A stretch of 64,000 nucleotides of DNA from Anaerolineales bacterium (GTDB lineage: Bacteria; Chloroflexota; Anaerolineae; Anaerolineales; UBA11579), in NCBI GenBank assembly GCA_019637755.1, contig JAHBVC010000001.1, positions 1,453,181 to 1,517,180 on the forward strand, given 5' to 3'. The notes below the pieces were generated by a model, which was not told where the DNA came from, made no database searches, and was given only the letters and a program-made list of their open reading frames with translations. Both the position numbers and the translations under genes were made by a program. Shown one piece after another: positions 18,241 through 28,549 of this stretch (its first letter is position 1; each line of letters starts with the position of its first letter).

Positions 18241-21200
18241 ATGGCTAAATCAACCTCTAAAAAAGCGGCAACAAAGAAATCAGTAACCAAGGCTCGCAAA
18301 GCCACGCGCTCACGCGCCACCGCCCCCAAGGCAGCGCCGGCGCCGCGTGACTTTCAATCCATTGTGATGGCCTTGCAACAATACTGGATGGCGCAAGGCT
18401 GCGTGCTGTGGCAGCCGTACAGCCAACAGGTGGGCGCCGGCACGATGAACCCGGCCACCTTTCTGCGCGTGATTGGCCCAGAGCCGTGGAACGTAGCCTA
18501 CGTAGAACCTTCGGTGCGCCCGGATGATGGCCGCTATGGGGAGAACCCCAATCGTTTGCAACAACACCACCAGTTTCAGGTGATCTTGAAGCCTGACCCT
18601 GGCAACCCGCAGGAAATGTATCTGCGTTCCTTGCAGGCAATTGGGATTGATGTGCACAAGCACGATATTCGTTTTGTGGAAGACAACTGGGCTTCGCCGG
18701 CGCTGGGCGCCTGGGGCCTGGGCTGGGAAGTATGGCTGGACGGTTTGGAGATCACCCAGTTCACTTATTTCCAGCAGGCGGGCGGCATCACCCTGGAGCC
18801 CGTCTCGGTGGAGATCACCTACGGTCTCGATCGCATCGCCATGGCCCTACAGGATGTGAGCTATGTGGGCGATGTGCGCTGGAATGCGCAACGCAGCTGG
18901 GGCGATCTCAACATGCAGGCCGAGCGCGAGCAGAGCAAGTATTACTTTGAGTTGGCCGATGTGGATCGTTTGCGCCAACTGTATGATCTCTACGAAGCCG
19001 AAGGCTTGGCGGCGCTGGAGGCTGGCTTGCTGTTGCCCGCCTATGACTACATGCTGCGCACCTCGCATACCTTCAATATTCTCGATGCGCGTGGGGCCAT
19101 CGGCGTGACCGAGCGCCAGGCCTACTTCCGCCGTATGCGCGCGCTGGCCAGCCGCGTGGCCGAGGCCTACGCCGCCGAGCGTCAGCGCGAAGAGTACCCC
19201 TGGATCCCCGCGGTGGACGAGACCAAGGCCGCCGCCAAGCCGCCAAAAATCGGCGCGCCGAAAACCGCCAGCGATTTTCTGTTGGAAATTGGCACCGAAG
19301 AGTTGCCGCCGGATGATCTGACCAGTGCCGTGGCGCAGTTGAGCGCCAGCTTGCAGCAACTGCTCGCCAGTGAGCAGTTGGCGCACAAGGATCTGCGCGT
19401 GCAGGGCACGCCGCGCCGCCTGGTGGCCCTGGTCAGCGGCCTGGCGCCCAAGCAGCCCGATCTGAAGCAAGTGGTGAAGGGCCCGCCAGCGGCGCGCGCC
19501 TTTGGCGCGGATGGCACGCCTACCCCGGCGGCCGCGGGCTTTGCCCGCGGCCAGGGGCTGCCGGTCAGTGCGCTCGTCGTGGAAACCATCGACGGCGGGG
19601 AATACGCCGTGGCGCGCGTCGAACGCAAAGGCCGCTTGGCTACGCAGATCCTGGCTGAGAAACTGCCTGCCCTGATCGGCGGGCTGCGCTTTGAAAAATC
19701 GATGCGCTGGAATGAAAGTGGCGTTGCCTTCTCGCGCCCGCTGCGCTGGCTGCTGGCATTGCATGGCGATGTGCTCGTGCCGTTTGAGTACGCTGGCCTG
19801 CATTCCGCCACGCGCAGCCGCGGCCTGCGCCTGAGCGCCGGGGAGCAATTCACCGTGCGCAACGCCAAGGAATACTTCGCCAAGCTTAAGCAGCAGGGCA
19901 TCTTGCTGGATGGCGAGCAACGCCGCGAAACCATCCGCCGCCAGGTGGAGAAGCTGGCCAGCAAGGCCGGTGGGCGCACGCCAGACGATGCTGCGCTACT
20001 GGACGAAGTGACCCATTTGGTAGAAGCGCCCACTGCGCTGCTGGGCGATTTTGACCCGGCCTATTTGGATCTTCCGGCGGAAGTTCTGATCGGCGTGATG
20101 AAGAAGCACCAGCGCTACTTCCCCATTGAAAAAGACGGCAAGCTGCTCAATCATTTCATTGCGGTTGCCAACGGCGATATTGACGCCAAGGCCGTCACCG
20201 CCGGCAATGCGGCCGTATTGCGCGCCCGCTTTGCCGATGCAGCGTATTTCATCCGTAAGGATCGCGAACACCCGCTGGCCTACTACGTGGATGGGCTCAA
20301 GCAGCTCACCTTCCAAAAAGAGCTCGGCTCGATGTGGGATAAGACCCAACGCATGGCCGAGCTCACCCAGATCTACGCGCCGGCACTGGGCCTGAGCGCC
20401 GCGGATGAAATTGCCGCGCGCGCCGCCCAGCTCAGCAAGGCCGATCTGGTGACCAAGATGGTGATCGAGATGACCTCGCTGCAAGGCGTGATGGGGCGCA
20501 TCTATGCATACGAATCAGGCGAGCCGGCTGCCGTAGCCGATGCGATCTTTGAACATTACTTGCCGCGCTACGCCGGAGACCGCACACCCAGCAGCCCGGC
20601 CGGATTGGTGGTGGGCGTAGCGGACCGTTTGGATAGCCTGGCGGGTTTGTTCGCCGTGGGGCTGGCGCCCAGTGGCGCCAAGGATCCCTTCGCCTTGCGC
20701 CGAGCGGCCATCGGCCTGGTGCAGAATCTGATCGCTGGGGAACTGAGCTTTGACCTGCGCCAGGCGATCCAGCAGGCGGCGGTGGTGCAGCCGGTGAGCG
20801 CGAACGAGCAAGTGCAAACCGAGGTGCTCGAATTCATCGTGGCACGGGTACGCGCCCTGCTGCTGGAAAATGGTGAACGCCACGATGTGATCGACGCCGT
20901 TTTGGCGCAGCAAGGCCATGACCCGGCGCGGGCGGCCCGCGCCATCCGCGAGCTGACCGCGCACAGCGCCAAGGCTGATTGGCCGCAAACCCTGGCCGCC
21001 TTTGCGCGTTGTGTGCGCATTACGCGCGATCTGACCGAAACCTATCGCGTCGACGAAGCCGCGCTGATCGATGCCGCTGAGCGCGGCCTGCTGGCCGCAC
21101 TGCAGCAGGCCGCGGCCACCCCACGCCTGCCAGGTTCGGTCAATGAGATGCTGGCTGCGTTCGCCCCGCTGATCCCTGCGATCAACACCTTCTTCGACAA

Positions 21201-21315
21201 AGTGATGGTGATGGCGGAAGACGAAGCCGTGCGCCGCAACCGCTTGGGCTTGTTGCAGCGCGTGGCCGCCCTGGCGCACGGCGTGGCAGACTTTTCGAAG
21301 ATCGAGGGTTTTTAG
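18241..21315 (+). CDS. glyQS: glycine--tRNA ligase, fused alpha and beta subunits, with Lys-rich N-extension
   Basis: Alpha part [23 protein letters not shown]..., beta part from about aa 345 ([12 protein letters not shown]). 1024 aa. Confidence 0.95.
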   Translation: MAKSTSKKAATKKSVTKARKATRSRATAPKAAPAPRDFQSIVMALQQYWMAQGCVLWQPYSQQVGAGTMNPATFLRVIGPEPWNVAYVEPSVRPDDGRYGENPNRLQQHHQFQVILKPDPGNPQEMYLRSLQAIGIDVHKHDIRFVEDNWASPALGAWGLGWEVWLDGLEITQFTYFQQAGGITLEPVSVEITYGLDRIAMALQDVSYVGDVRWNAQRSWGDLNMQAEREQSKYYFELADVDRLRQLYDLYEAEGLAALEAGLLLPAYDYMLRTSHTFNILDARGAIGVTERQAYFRRMRALASRVAEAYAAERQREEYPWIPAVDETKAAAKPPKIGAPKTASDFLLEIGTEELPPDDLTSAVAQLSASLQQLLASEQLAHKDLRVQGTPRRLVALVSGLAPKQPDLKQVVKGPPAARAFGADGTPTPAAAGFARGQGLPVSALVVETIDGGEYAVARVERKGRLATQILAEKLPALIGGLRFEKSMRWNESGVAFSRPLRWLLALHGDVLVPFEYAGLHSATRSRGLRLSAGEQFTVRNAKEYFAKLKQQGILLDGEQRRETIRRQVEKLASKAGGRTPDDAALLDEVTHLVEAPTALLGDFDPAYLDLPAEVLIGVMKKHQRYFPIEKDGKLLNHFIAVANGDIDAKAVTAGNAAVLRARFADAAYFIRKDREHPLAYYVDGLKQLTFQKELGSMWDKTQRMAELTQIYAPALGLSAADEIAARAAQLSKADLVTKMVIEMTSLQGVMGRIYAYESGEPAAVADAIFEHYLPRYAGDRTPSSPAGLVVGVADRLDSLAGLFAVGLAPSGAKDPFALRRAAIGLVQNLIAGELSFDLRQAIQQAAVVQPVSANEQVQTEVLEFIVARVRALLLENGERHDVIDAVLAQQGHDPARAARAIRELTAHSAKADWPQTLAAFARCVRITRDLTETYRVDEAALIDAAERGLLAALQQAAATPRLPGSVNEMLAAFAPLIPAINTFFDKVMVMAEDEAVRRNRLGLLQRVAALAHGVADFSKIEGF

Positions 21316-21318
21316 GCC

Positions 21319-21936
21319 ATGTTCATTACCCTCGAAGGGCCGGAAGGCAGCGGCAAGACTTCGCAGCTTCCTTTGCTGGAGCAGGCACTGCTGGCTGCTG
21401 GCTACCGCGTGCGCACCACGCGTGAGCCGGGCGGTACCCCCATCGGGGATCAAATTCGCAAGGTACTTTTTGATCTGGGCAACAAGGCGATGCAGCCGCG
21501 TACCGAGATCTTGCTGTTCCAATCTTCACGCGCCCAACTGGTGGAAGAGGTCATTCGCCCGGCCCTGGCCGCCGGCGAGGTAGTGCTGTGCGATCGCTAC
21601 GCCGACAGCACGATGGCCTATCAGGGGTATGGCCACCAACTCGAGCTGGCGCCGTTGGCGGAGCTGGTGCGCTTTGCCACCGGTGGGCTCACGCCGGATC
21701 TGACCCTGTTTCTGGATATTCCGCCGCGTGACGGTTTGCGCCGCCGCGATGCCGGGGGCAATTGGAACCGTTTGGATGATTACCAGGTGGAGTTTCACGA
21801 GCGCGTGTATGCCGGCTACCGTGAACTGATCGCCGCTGAACCGCGGCGCTGGGTAGTGGTGGATGCCACGCGCCCGCCTGCCGAGGTAACGCGTGACTTG
21901 GCCGAGATTGTGCTGGCGCGCGTACAAAGCCGGTAG
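21319..21936 (+). CDS. tmk: thymidylate kinase
   Basis: FITLEGPEGSGKTSQ and CDRYADST. Confidence 0.95.
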   Translation: MFITLEGPEGSGKTSQLPLLEQALLAAGYRVRTTREPGGTPIGDQIRKVLFDLGNKAMQPRTEILLFQSSRAQLVEEVIRPALAAGEVVLCDRYADSTMAYQGYGHQLELAPLAELVRFATGGLTPDLTLFLDIPPRDGLRRRDAGGNWNRLDDYQVEFHERVYAGYRELIAAEPRRWVVVDATRPPAEVTRDLAEIVLARVQSR

Positions 21937-21957
21937 CGCCTTGTATAATCGGGCGCA

Positions 21958-22581
21958 ATGAGCAAACCGAGCCCTGAATTTGGCCCCGTAGTCGAACCGC
22001 TGCTGATCGTAATTTCCGGCCCGTCTGGTGTTGGCAAAGACAGCGTGCTGGAGTTAATGAAGCGCCGCGGCCTGCCCTTTCATTTTGTTGTTACTGCCAC
22101 CACCCGCCCGCCGCGCCCCGAAGAACGCGATGGCGTCGATTATCTTTTTGTCAGCCGCGAGGAATTTGCTGGCCTGATCGAAAAAGAAGAGTTGTTGGAA
22201 TACGCCATCGTCTATAACGATTACAAAGGCATTCCCAAGGAGCAGGTGCGCAAAGCCCTGCGCAGTGGCGTGGATGTGGTGATGCGCGTGGATGTGCAAG
22301 GGGCGGCCACCATCCGCAAGATCTCTGAAGAGGCGATCCTGGTTTTTATCACCACATCCAGTGAAGACGAATTGGTGGAACGCCTGGAACGGCGCAAGAC
22401 CGAAACTCCTGAAAATCTCAAGCTGCGCATTGCTACGGCACGCCAGGAATTCAAACGCATTGATGAATTCGACTATGTGGTGGTGAACCGCGATGGCGAG
22501 CTGGACGAGACGGTGGACCGTATCGAAGACATCATCTCGGCCGAGCATCATCGCGTTAAGCCTCGGCGCGTGCACCTGTGA
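21958..22581 (+). CDS. gmk: guanylate kinase
   Basis: ISGPSGVGKDS, TTRPPRPEERDGVDYLFV. Confidence 0.95.
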   Translation: MSKPSPEFGPVVEPLLIVISGPSGVGKDSVLELMKRRGLPFHFVVTATTRPPRPEERDGVDYLFVSREEFAGLIEKEELLEYAIVYNDYKGIPKEQVRKALRSGVDVVMRVDVQGAATIRKISEEAILVFITTSSEDELVERLERRKTETPENLKLRIATARQEFKRIDEFDYVVVNRDGELDETVDRIEDIISAEHHRVKPRRVHL

Positions 22582-23387
22582 GCGAACACCCTGAAGGTGC
22601 CGGGCCACCCGAGGCCCAGCCAGCCCAGCCCTTGGGGCGCATCCAGCCCCGGCGCGTGCCGGTGCGATTACCGCAGCGCAAGCCAGTGGTGGTGTATGCG
22701 CTGTTGGCGCTGACGCTGCTGGTGTACGCGGTGCAAGCGCTCACCGCCCTCGGCGTATTGGCCTGGGGCAACTGCCCTTACTTCCTAAGCCCGGATTTGC
22801 CCGCCTGCTATGGCATGAAGGTCAATGAATTGATCTTGCAAGGGCAGTGGTGGCGTTTGATCACCCCAGTCTTATTGCATGCCAGCTTGGTGCATGTAGC
22901 TTTCAATATGTATGCCTTGTATGCCCTCGGGCCGGAGCTGGAGCGCATGTTTGGGCATGCTGCGTTCCTGGCGCTGTACCTGGTGAGCGGCTTTGCGGGC
23001 ACGGTGGCTTCGTTCCTGATGAGCGCGGCCGCCTCATTGGGCGCTTCAACAGCGGTGTTCGGCTTGTTGGCGGCGCACGCCGTCTTTGCCTACCGCAATC
23101 AGCGCGTGTTTGGGCGGCGTGCCCAGGCGGTGGTGCGTAGCATTTTGCAGATTGCTGCGATCAACTTCCTGATTGGTCTTTCCCCTGGCATTGATAACTG
23201 GGGCCACTTTGGCGGCTTGCTCGGCGGGCTGATCTTCACCTTCCTGAGCGGCCCCGTCTTTGAGCTGCGCGAGCGCCCCGAGGCGCTGGAACTGGTGGAT
23301 CGCAATGCGCCCAACCGAATTTGGCTGGGTGCATTGGCGGTCTTGCTGATCTTTGGCGCGGCGGCGGCCGGCAAGCTGCTGGCCTAA
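22578..23387 (+). CDS. rhomboid-family intramembrane serine protease
   Basis: WRLITPVLLHASLVHVAFNM, GASTAVFG (Ser), WGHFGGLLGG (His). Confidence 0.85.
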   Translation: MSEHPEGAGPPEAQPAQPLGRIQPRRVPVRLPQRKPVVVYALLALTLLVYAVQALTALGVLAWGNCPYFLSPDLPACYGMKVNELILQGQWWRLITPVLLHASLVHVAFNMYALYALGPELERMFGHAAFLALYLVSGFAGTVASFLMSAAASLGASTAVFGLLAAHAVFAYRNQRVFGRRAQAVVRSILQIAAINFLIGLSPGIDNWGHFGGLLGGLIFTFLSGPVFELRERPEALELVDRNAPNRIWLGALAVLLIFGAAAAGKLLA

Positions 23388-23411
23388 CCGGGCGCGGCGA
23401 GCTGCGTGCAG

Positions 23412-24200
23412 CTAGTTGCCCGCAGCCTTGGCGTAGTCCGGCGCGCGTTTCTCCACAAAGGCGGCCAGGCCTTCTTTGTGGTCACTGCCCTCGCCGGCAA
23501 CTTCCTGGTTGTGGGCTTCGTAATCCAATACGTCTTCCAAATTGGCGAGTAAGGCTTTGTTGAAGGCGCGCTTGGTGAGGCCCATGGCGTTGGTGGGGCC
23601 TTGTGCCAGGCGCAGCGCCCACTCCCAGGCACTTTGCGGCAGCGCGTCAGCCGGCACCACGGCGTTGAGCAGGCCCCAGGCCAGCGCTTGTTCCGCGCTG
23701 ATCGGCTCGTTGTAGAACGCGGCCTGGCTGGCGCGGCCAAGGCCGATGATCGCCGGTAGCATGAGCGAGACCGCCGAATCAGGCGCCAGGCCAATGCCGC
23801 TGAAGCCGATGACGAAGCGCGCGTCGGGTGAACCGATGCGGATATCGCAGGCCAGCGCCAGGCCGAGCGCGGCCCCGGCGGCGGCGCCCTGGATGGCAGC
23901 CAGGATCGGCTTTTCCAGTTGACGCATTTGCAGCACCAGCGGGTTGTAGGTTTTTTGCAGATGCTTGCGGAAAGAGACGTGGCCGTCTCCGCCAAACTCA
24001 GTTACATCCTGCCCGGCGCTGAAAAGCTTGCCATTGGCCTGCAGCAGAATACTGCGCACCGCCTTGTCACGCTTGGCATCCTTAAAGGCGTTTTGCAGCT
24101 CCACCGCCATCGCGGTAGTGAATGCATTCGCCTTGGGCCGGTCCAGCGTGAGTACCAGTACGCCTTCCTTGAGTTCGCGCGCGATCATTGCATCTGCCAT
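23412..24200 (-). CDS. enoyl-CoA hydratase/isomerase family protein
   Basis: Crotonase fold: KANAFT, AAIQGAAAGAALGLALACD. Confidence 0.85.
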   Translation of the reverse strand: MADAMIARELKEGVLVLTLDRPKANAFTTAMAVELQNAFKDAKRDKAVRSILLQANGKLFSAGQDVTEFGGDGHVSFRKHLQKTYNPLVLQMRQLEKPILAAIQGAAAGAALGLALACDIRIGSPDARFVIGFSGIGLAPDSAVSLMLPAIIGLGRASQAAFYNEPISAEQALAWGLLNAVVPADALPQSAWEWALRLAQGPTNAMGLTKRAFNKALLANLEDVLDYEAHNQEVAGEGSDHKEGLAAFVEKRAPDYAKAAGN

Positions 24201-24263
24201 GCTGCCTCCGTATGAGCGATATTCAATTGAATTGTAATGGAGCCGGGTGAGCCAGCAACGCGA

Positions 24264-24638
24264 TTAAGGCAGCGCCTCGAAGTCGTCGCCATCCTCTTCG
24301 TCATCGTCATCAAAATCAATGGCGAGTTCGATCTCTTCGTCAGGCAGGCGTACCCACAGCATCAACATTTCACCTTCATCGGTGTTGGCGCTGCGCGCCG
24401 CCAGGATCGGGGCGGTTTTGTTGTTGCCGTCTTCGTCGCGGTATTCGAGGGTGATCGCCTGGCGGCCCTTCCAGGCGCGATAGCAACGCTCCACCAGCTC
24501 ACCGCCGTTAAAGGTGCGTAAATGGGTGAGCGCTACGCCGTATAAAGTTGGGCCTTCAAGCACGCCGGTAGACCAGCCATCGTCTACCACTTCAAAGGTA
24601 GGTGGCGGCCCTTCGATGATTGTTATCTTGTCATCCAT
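24264..24638 (-). CDS. hypothetical protein with strongly acidic C-terminus
   Basis: 124-aa ORF with host-like composition and the tail DFDDDDEEDGDDFEALP. I recognise no family. Confidence 0.45.
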   Translation of the reverse strand: MDDKITIIEGPPPTFEVVDDGWSTGVLEGPTLYGVALTHLRTFNGGELVERCYRAWKGRQAITLEYRDEDGNNKTAPILAARSANTDEGEMLMLWVRLPDEEIELAIDFDDDDEEDGDDFEALP

Positions 24639-24739
24639 AGTTGCTATATCACTTGCGCGCGTAGTTTACCATACGCAAAAATCGATTGGGTGCCAGGTTG
24701 AAGGGCATTAAAGAGGCGGGGGTTATAATCCCGGCGCCT

Positions 24740-25099
24740 ATGTATAAATTGGTCATTTTGATCGAGCCGCAGGACGATGCGGCTCATTTTGACAGCCGCT
24801 GGCCACTATTTTTGGCCGAGGCCGAGCGCATGCCCGGCTTGCGCCGCGAGGTTACCAGCCATATTGATCGCGTGCTGCACGGCAGTTACCCCATCCACAT
24901 GATCCATGAGCTGTACTTTGATTCGCTGGCGGCAGTCGCCGAGGCGATGGGCTCCCCGGCGGGTGAGCGTGCCGGCCAGGTGCTGCAGGAGATCACCGCG
25001 GGCAAGGTCACTTTGCTGTTTGCGGACCATTTGCAGGATGATCTGGCTCATTTTCGCCGCGGCGCGGCGGACGATGCCCCGCCCGGAGACCGGGCGTGA
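24740..25099 (+). CDS. EthD-like small protein (tentative)
   Basis: ATG at 24740 (MYKLVILIEPQDD..). The size and pattern resemble EthD/TIGR02118-type proteins. Confidence 0.4.
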   Translation: MYKLVILIEPQDDAAHFDSRWPLFLAEAERMPGLRREVTSHIDRVLHGSYPIHMIHELYFDSLAAVAEAMGSPAGERAGQVLQEITAGKVTLLFADHLQDDLAHFRRGAADDAPPGDRA

Positions 25100-25848
25100 G
25101 CCGGCGCGTGGTGCTGGGTTTGGCGGCGGTACTGGGCCTGGCCCTGGCTGTGCTAGCAGGGGTGTATATCTACAATCGTTATGTGCCAGCCGCTGGGCGT
25201 TGGGCGCTGTTTCAAGATCTGCATACCGACCGCAGCTTGTTCACGCGCTATGCGATTGCGCCCGGCAGCCATTGCGGCACGGCCCCCTTTGCCTTCCCTA
25301 CGCATGGCGTCATTCTCGGCCTGTGGAACCAGTCGTACCGTTTTGGGCACACGCATACCGGGCTGGATATTTTCTCTGGCACGCAACCAGGGGTCACCCC
25401 GGTGTATGCCGCCTATCCGGGTTATCTCAGCCGGTTGCCCGATTGGCGTTCCACGGTGATCATTCGCATCCCCAGTGACCCTTTGCAACCGGGCCGCCAG
25501 ATCTGGACCTATTACACGCACATGGCCGATGTGAACGGCGAGAGCTTTATCTCTGCCGAGTTCCCCGCCGGCACCGCAGAGGTGTATGTCGCGGCCGGCA
25601 CCTTCTTGGGCTACATGGGCAACTTCTCTGGCGAAGCGGGCGTGCCCACCGGCTTGCATTTACATTTCTCGATCGTGAAAGATGATGGCGAAGGCCACTT
25701 CTTGAACGAGAGCCGCATTGGCAATACCTATGATCCATCGCCGTATTTCAATATAAACCTTAACCACCCGCGTAACCCGCACGAAGTACCACTGTGCGCC
25801 GGCACCAGCACGGTGGAGAAATGGAACCTGGTAGGCAACGATGAGTGA
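25096..25848 (+). CDS. M23-family metallopeptidase
   Basis: N-terminal TM segment, HTGLDIF, GLHLHFSI. Confidence 0.8.
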   Translation: MSRRVVLGLAAVLGLALAVLAGVYIYNRYVPAAGRWALFQDLHTDRSLFTRYAIAPGSHCGTAPFAFPTHGVILGLWNQSYRFGHTHTGLDIFSGTQPGVTPVYAAYPGYLSRLPDWRSTVIIRIPSDPLQPGRQIWTYYTHMADVNGESFISAEFPAGTAEVYVAAGTFLGYMGNFSGEAGVPTGLHLHFSIVKDDGEGHFLNESRIGNTYDPSPYFNINLNHPRNPHEVPLCAGTSTVEKWNLVGNDE

Positions 25849-26410
25849 GCGTGTAGTACTTGTGACCGGGGCTGGTACCCGACTGGGCCAGGAGCTGGGG
25901 CGCGGTTTTGCCACCGCCGGCTGGCGCGTCGCACTGAATGACCTCTTACCCACCCGGCTGGATCCGTTGGTGGCTCTGATCCAGCAGGCGGGCGGCCAGG
26001 CCGCGGCCTACCCAGCCGATTTGACACGCAAGCTGGCGCTGCAGACGATGCTGCAAGCCGTGCTGGAACACTGGGAGCGCGTGGACGCTTTGGTGTTCAT
26101 TCCCAGCGTGCATCCAGAGAATGGCCTTCTCGATCTAGACGAGTGGGATTGGCACCGCACCGTGGATGCTACGCTGACGGCTGGCTTTCTGATCACCCAG
26201 TCAGTCGGGCGCGTGATGCGCCAGTTGGGTGGCGGGGCGATCGCTTATGCCGGCGTGCCCGCCGCGGCGGCCCCGGTGTACACCGCCGCTGCCGTCGGAC
26301 TGCAAACGCTGGCGCAGGCGGCCGCGGCCGAATTTGCCGCGCATCACATTCGCCTGGCTTGGTATCCCGAAGCCACGGCAGCTACGCTGCTGGCGGAGCT
26401 GGCCGGCTAG
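25841..26410 (+). CDS. short SDR-like protein (catalytic Lys apparently replaced)
   Basis: VLVTGAGTRLG. The motif is YTAAAVG instead of YxxxK. Confidence 0.6.
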   Translation: MSERVVLVTGAGTRLGQELGRGFATAGWRVALNDLLPTRLDPLVALIQQAGGQAAAYPADLTRKLALQTMLQAVLEHWERVDALVFIPSVHPENGLLDLDEWDWHRTVDATLTAGFLITQSVGRVMRQLGGGAIAYAGVPAAAAPVYTAAAVGLQTLAQAAAAEFAAHHIRLAWYPEATAATLLAELAG

Positions 26411-26451
26411 CTCCAGTACAATGTTGGCAAGTGCAGCCAAGGAGTACACAG

Positions 26452-27234
26452 ATGATAGACGCGAATAGCCCCCTGATTCGGATCGAACGGCGCGAACGGG
26501 TTGCTTTGCTCATCCTCAACCGGCCACAGGCGATGCACGCCTTGACGCGTGATCTGATGGTGGAGCTGACGGATGCGTTGGAGCAACTGGACGCTGACCC
26601 AGGGGTGGGCGCGTTTGTGATCACTGGCGATGCGCGGGCCTTTGCCGCCGGCGCCGACATCAAAGAAATGGCAGATGCCTCTGCGGTTGAATTGCTGCTC
26701 AAGGAGCATATTTCACCGTTTGATCGTATTCAGCATATAACCAAGCCGATCATTGCGGCAGTTTCCGGTTGGTGTTTGGGCGGTGGCAATGAATTGGCCA
26801 TGTCGTGCGACATGATCGTAGCCTCCGAAAGCGCCCGCTTCGGCCAGCCCGAGATCAACCTTGGCGTGATCCCCGGTGCGGGGGGCACCCAGCGTCTGAC
26901 GCGTGCGGTGGGCAAGGCACTGGCGATGGAGATGGTGCTGAACAATCGCACGCTCAGTGCCGAAGAGGCCCAGCGCTACGGCTTGGTAAACCGCGTCGTA
27001 CCAGTGGAGCGTTATTTGGATGAGGCGCTGCAGTTGGCGCACGAGATTGCCGCGCGGGCCCCGTTGGCTCTGCGCCTCGGCAAAGAGGCGGTCAACCGCG
27101 CCTTTGAAACTCACTTGGCCAATGGAATTCAAGAGGAGCGCCGCGCCTTCTACTTCTTATTTGCTTCGGAAGATCAGAAGGAAGGGATGCGCGCTTTTGG
27201 TGAGAAGCGCAAACCAGACTGGAAGGGTAAATAG
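26452..27234 (+). CDS. enoyl-CoA hydratase (crotonase)
   Basis: AAGGAG then ATG at 26452. Contains [10 protein letters not shown] and [19 protein letters not shown]. The N-terminal 100 codons of the track ORF are spurious. Confidence 0.9.
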   Translation: MIDANSPLIRIERRERVALLILNRPQAMHALTRDLMVELTDALEQLDADPGVGAFVITGDARAFAAGADIKEMADASAVELLLKEHISPFDRIQHITKPIIAAVSGWCLGGGNELAMSCDMIVASESARFGQPEINLGVIPGAGGTQRLTRAVGKALAMEMVLNNRTLSAEEAQRYGLVNRVVPVERYLDEALQLAHEIAARAPLALRLGKEAVNRAFETHLANGIQEERRAFYFLFASEDQKEGMRAFGEKRKPDWKGK

Positions 27235-27326
27235 AACCTGCTTCTATAGCGATACACTATTAGGTAGTTGCCTGAACCGGCCCGCCGGCTCGCTGCAACA
27301 CAAGTCCGCCCGTTGAGCGGATGTAA

Positions 27327-27400
27327 GCCCCGGTAGCTCAAATGGATAGAGCAGAGCACTCCTAAGGCTAAGGCTGTGGGTTCGAGTCCCACCTGGGGCA
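27327..27400 (+). tRNA. tRNA-Arg (anticodon CCU)
   Basis: Hand-folded cloverleaf: acceptor GCCCCGG/CTGGGGC, D arm GCTC/GAGC, T arm GTGGG-TTCGAGT-CCCAC, anticodon loop CUCCUAA. The anticodon stem has only 3 Watson-Crick pairs (G.A and A.G at its ends). Confidence 0.8.
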
Positions 27401-27522
27401 CCTTACAAGACCCAACACGAACCATCTAGCAAGGAAGATAGCTTACTGCTAGCGTTTCAATTTAAGCAACGAGAAAAGGTTGCCGAGTTATCTTCTAAGG
27501 ACAGAAAACAACGGGCTGGAAC

Positions 27523-28124
27523 TTGAATAAACCAGACAGCAAAGAAATTCTTGAAACTATAGTAGAAAAGTATAAGGTCCTGAAAAGTTTCGGTTTTTTT
27601 GAACATGTTGTTGCAGTGGGGCTTGGTTTCAGAACGACCAAAGAACAAGATGCAGAACATTTACAGTCGAGTTTGATTTACCAGAGGAAGAAAAGGTACA
27701 TGCCTTTGTTAACACCCTGCGAATTTTTACTCTTGAAAAACAACCTGTTTCAATACCCGCCCTCAGGCATTTACTTTTGGATGAATCGATTTCAAAAGAA
27801 TGGAGAAACAAAGCCAGCGACCTCAGAACTCAATATATTGCATTCATGGAAGCGTTTCCGCCTTCTGTTAACGATCTTTGGGGGAAGCGACCAACACATC
27901 AAGAAATATTTGACGTCATGGTATATGGCAATCTAGTGAAGGTGAACAACCCTGATAAGAGAGCTAAATATAAAGAGTGGACAAAAGATGATATTCGTAA
28001 GTTTGTACTTCAGCAGGAATTCACAAAGGTAATGCTGGCAATTTACGCATTTGTTGCCGATTTAGCAGATATTACAGTTCTAGAATTATCAAAGCCTAAC
28101 AAGGATTCAGCATCTCTTGCATAA
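27523..28124 (+). pseudogene. hypothetical gene split over two frames (frameshift near 27655-27665)
   Basis: ORF 27523.. reads well up to ..TKEQDAEH. The protein-like sequence then continues in the frame of ORF 27777..28124. That frame is open from 27603 (..FTVEFDLPEEEKVHAFVNTLRIF..) but has no start codon before 27777. Confidence 0.45.
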
Positions 28125-28357
28125 AGACCAAGGGCTTATGAGTTCGACCCACGCTCTAAAATTTTATGGGAAATCCAGTTTTTAGGAAAAATAGGGGGAA
28201 AATTGCGTTTATAGAGTATAAGGTTTCTATCTCATCCAAGCTGGTTGCACCCGCGTTGCACCCGAAATGGAGCTAGGAAAAGACGACCCTATTTTTAAGA
28301 CCGAGGTTGACCTATTTAAGTAACCTTTACAGTGAGGCGAGTTGAGCACTCCGATTT

Positions 28358-28549
28358 TCATCTTTCGACCGCCGCCGTTGCCTGGTCAAGTTCGGGAACG
28401 CCTCGGAACGCAATCTGATTATTTATCAAGGTGACGGGAGTAGAGAAGATATTATTCTCATTTGCTAATTGACGCCCCTCACGGCTATTGAGATCTCGCA
28501 AAACTTTCTGGATGAGTATATTGCGACGGAGTAATCTGGCTAATTTAGG
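28358..28549 (-). pseudogene. possible remnant of a small thioredoxin-fold (MTH895/glutaredoxin-like) gene
   Basis: A 63-codon open frame directly downstream of merA, with no ATG and no CxxC. It ends ..NNIFSTPVTLINNQIAFRGVPELDQ.., resembling the C-terminal half of redox-active disulfide proteins. Confidence 0.3.

Noticed and set aside
26143-26451. N-terminal 100-codon extension of the crotonase ORF, overlapping the SDR gene.
   Set aside because: The extension is Arg/Gly-rich nonsense overlapping a supported gene. A good RBS plus the ATG at 26452 gives a canonical crotonase N-terminus.
27478-27528. Left-end sequences GGTTGCCGAGTTA and CTGGAACTTGAAT resemble parts of the right-end repeat unit (GGTTGTGCCGAGTGA, CTGGAGAGGGAATG), which would suggest terminal repeats.
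   Set aside because: Their order and orientation do not match a terminal inverted or direct repeat, and identity is low (about 60-90 % over 13-17 nt).
28244-28264. Tandem GTTGCACCCG-C-GTTGCACCCG followed by GAAATGG, superficially like a CRISPR repeat fragment.
   Set aside because: There are only two 10-nt copies with no spacers, and no cas genes or further repeats in the window.
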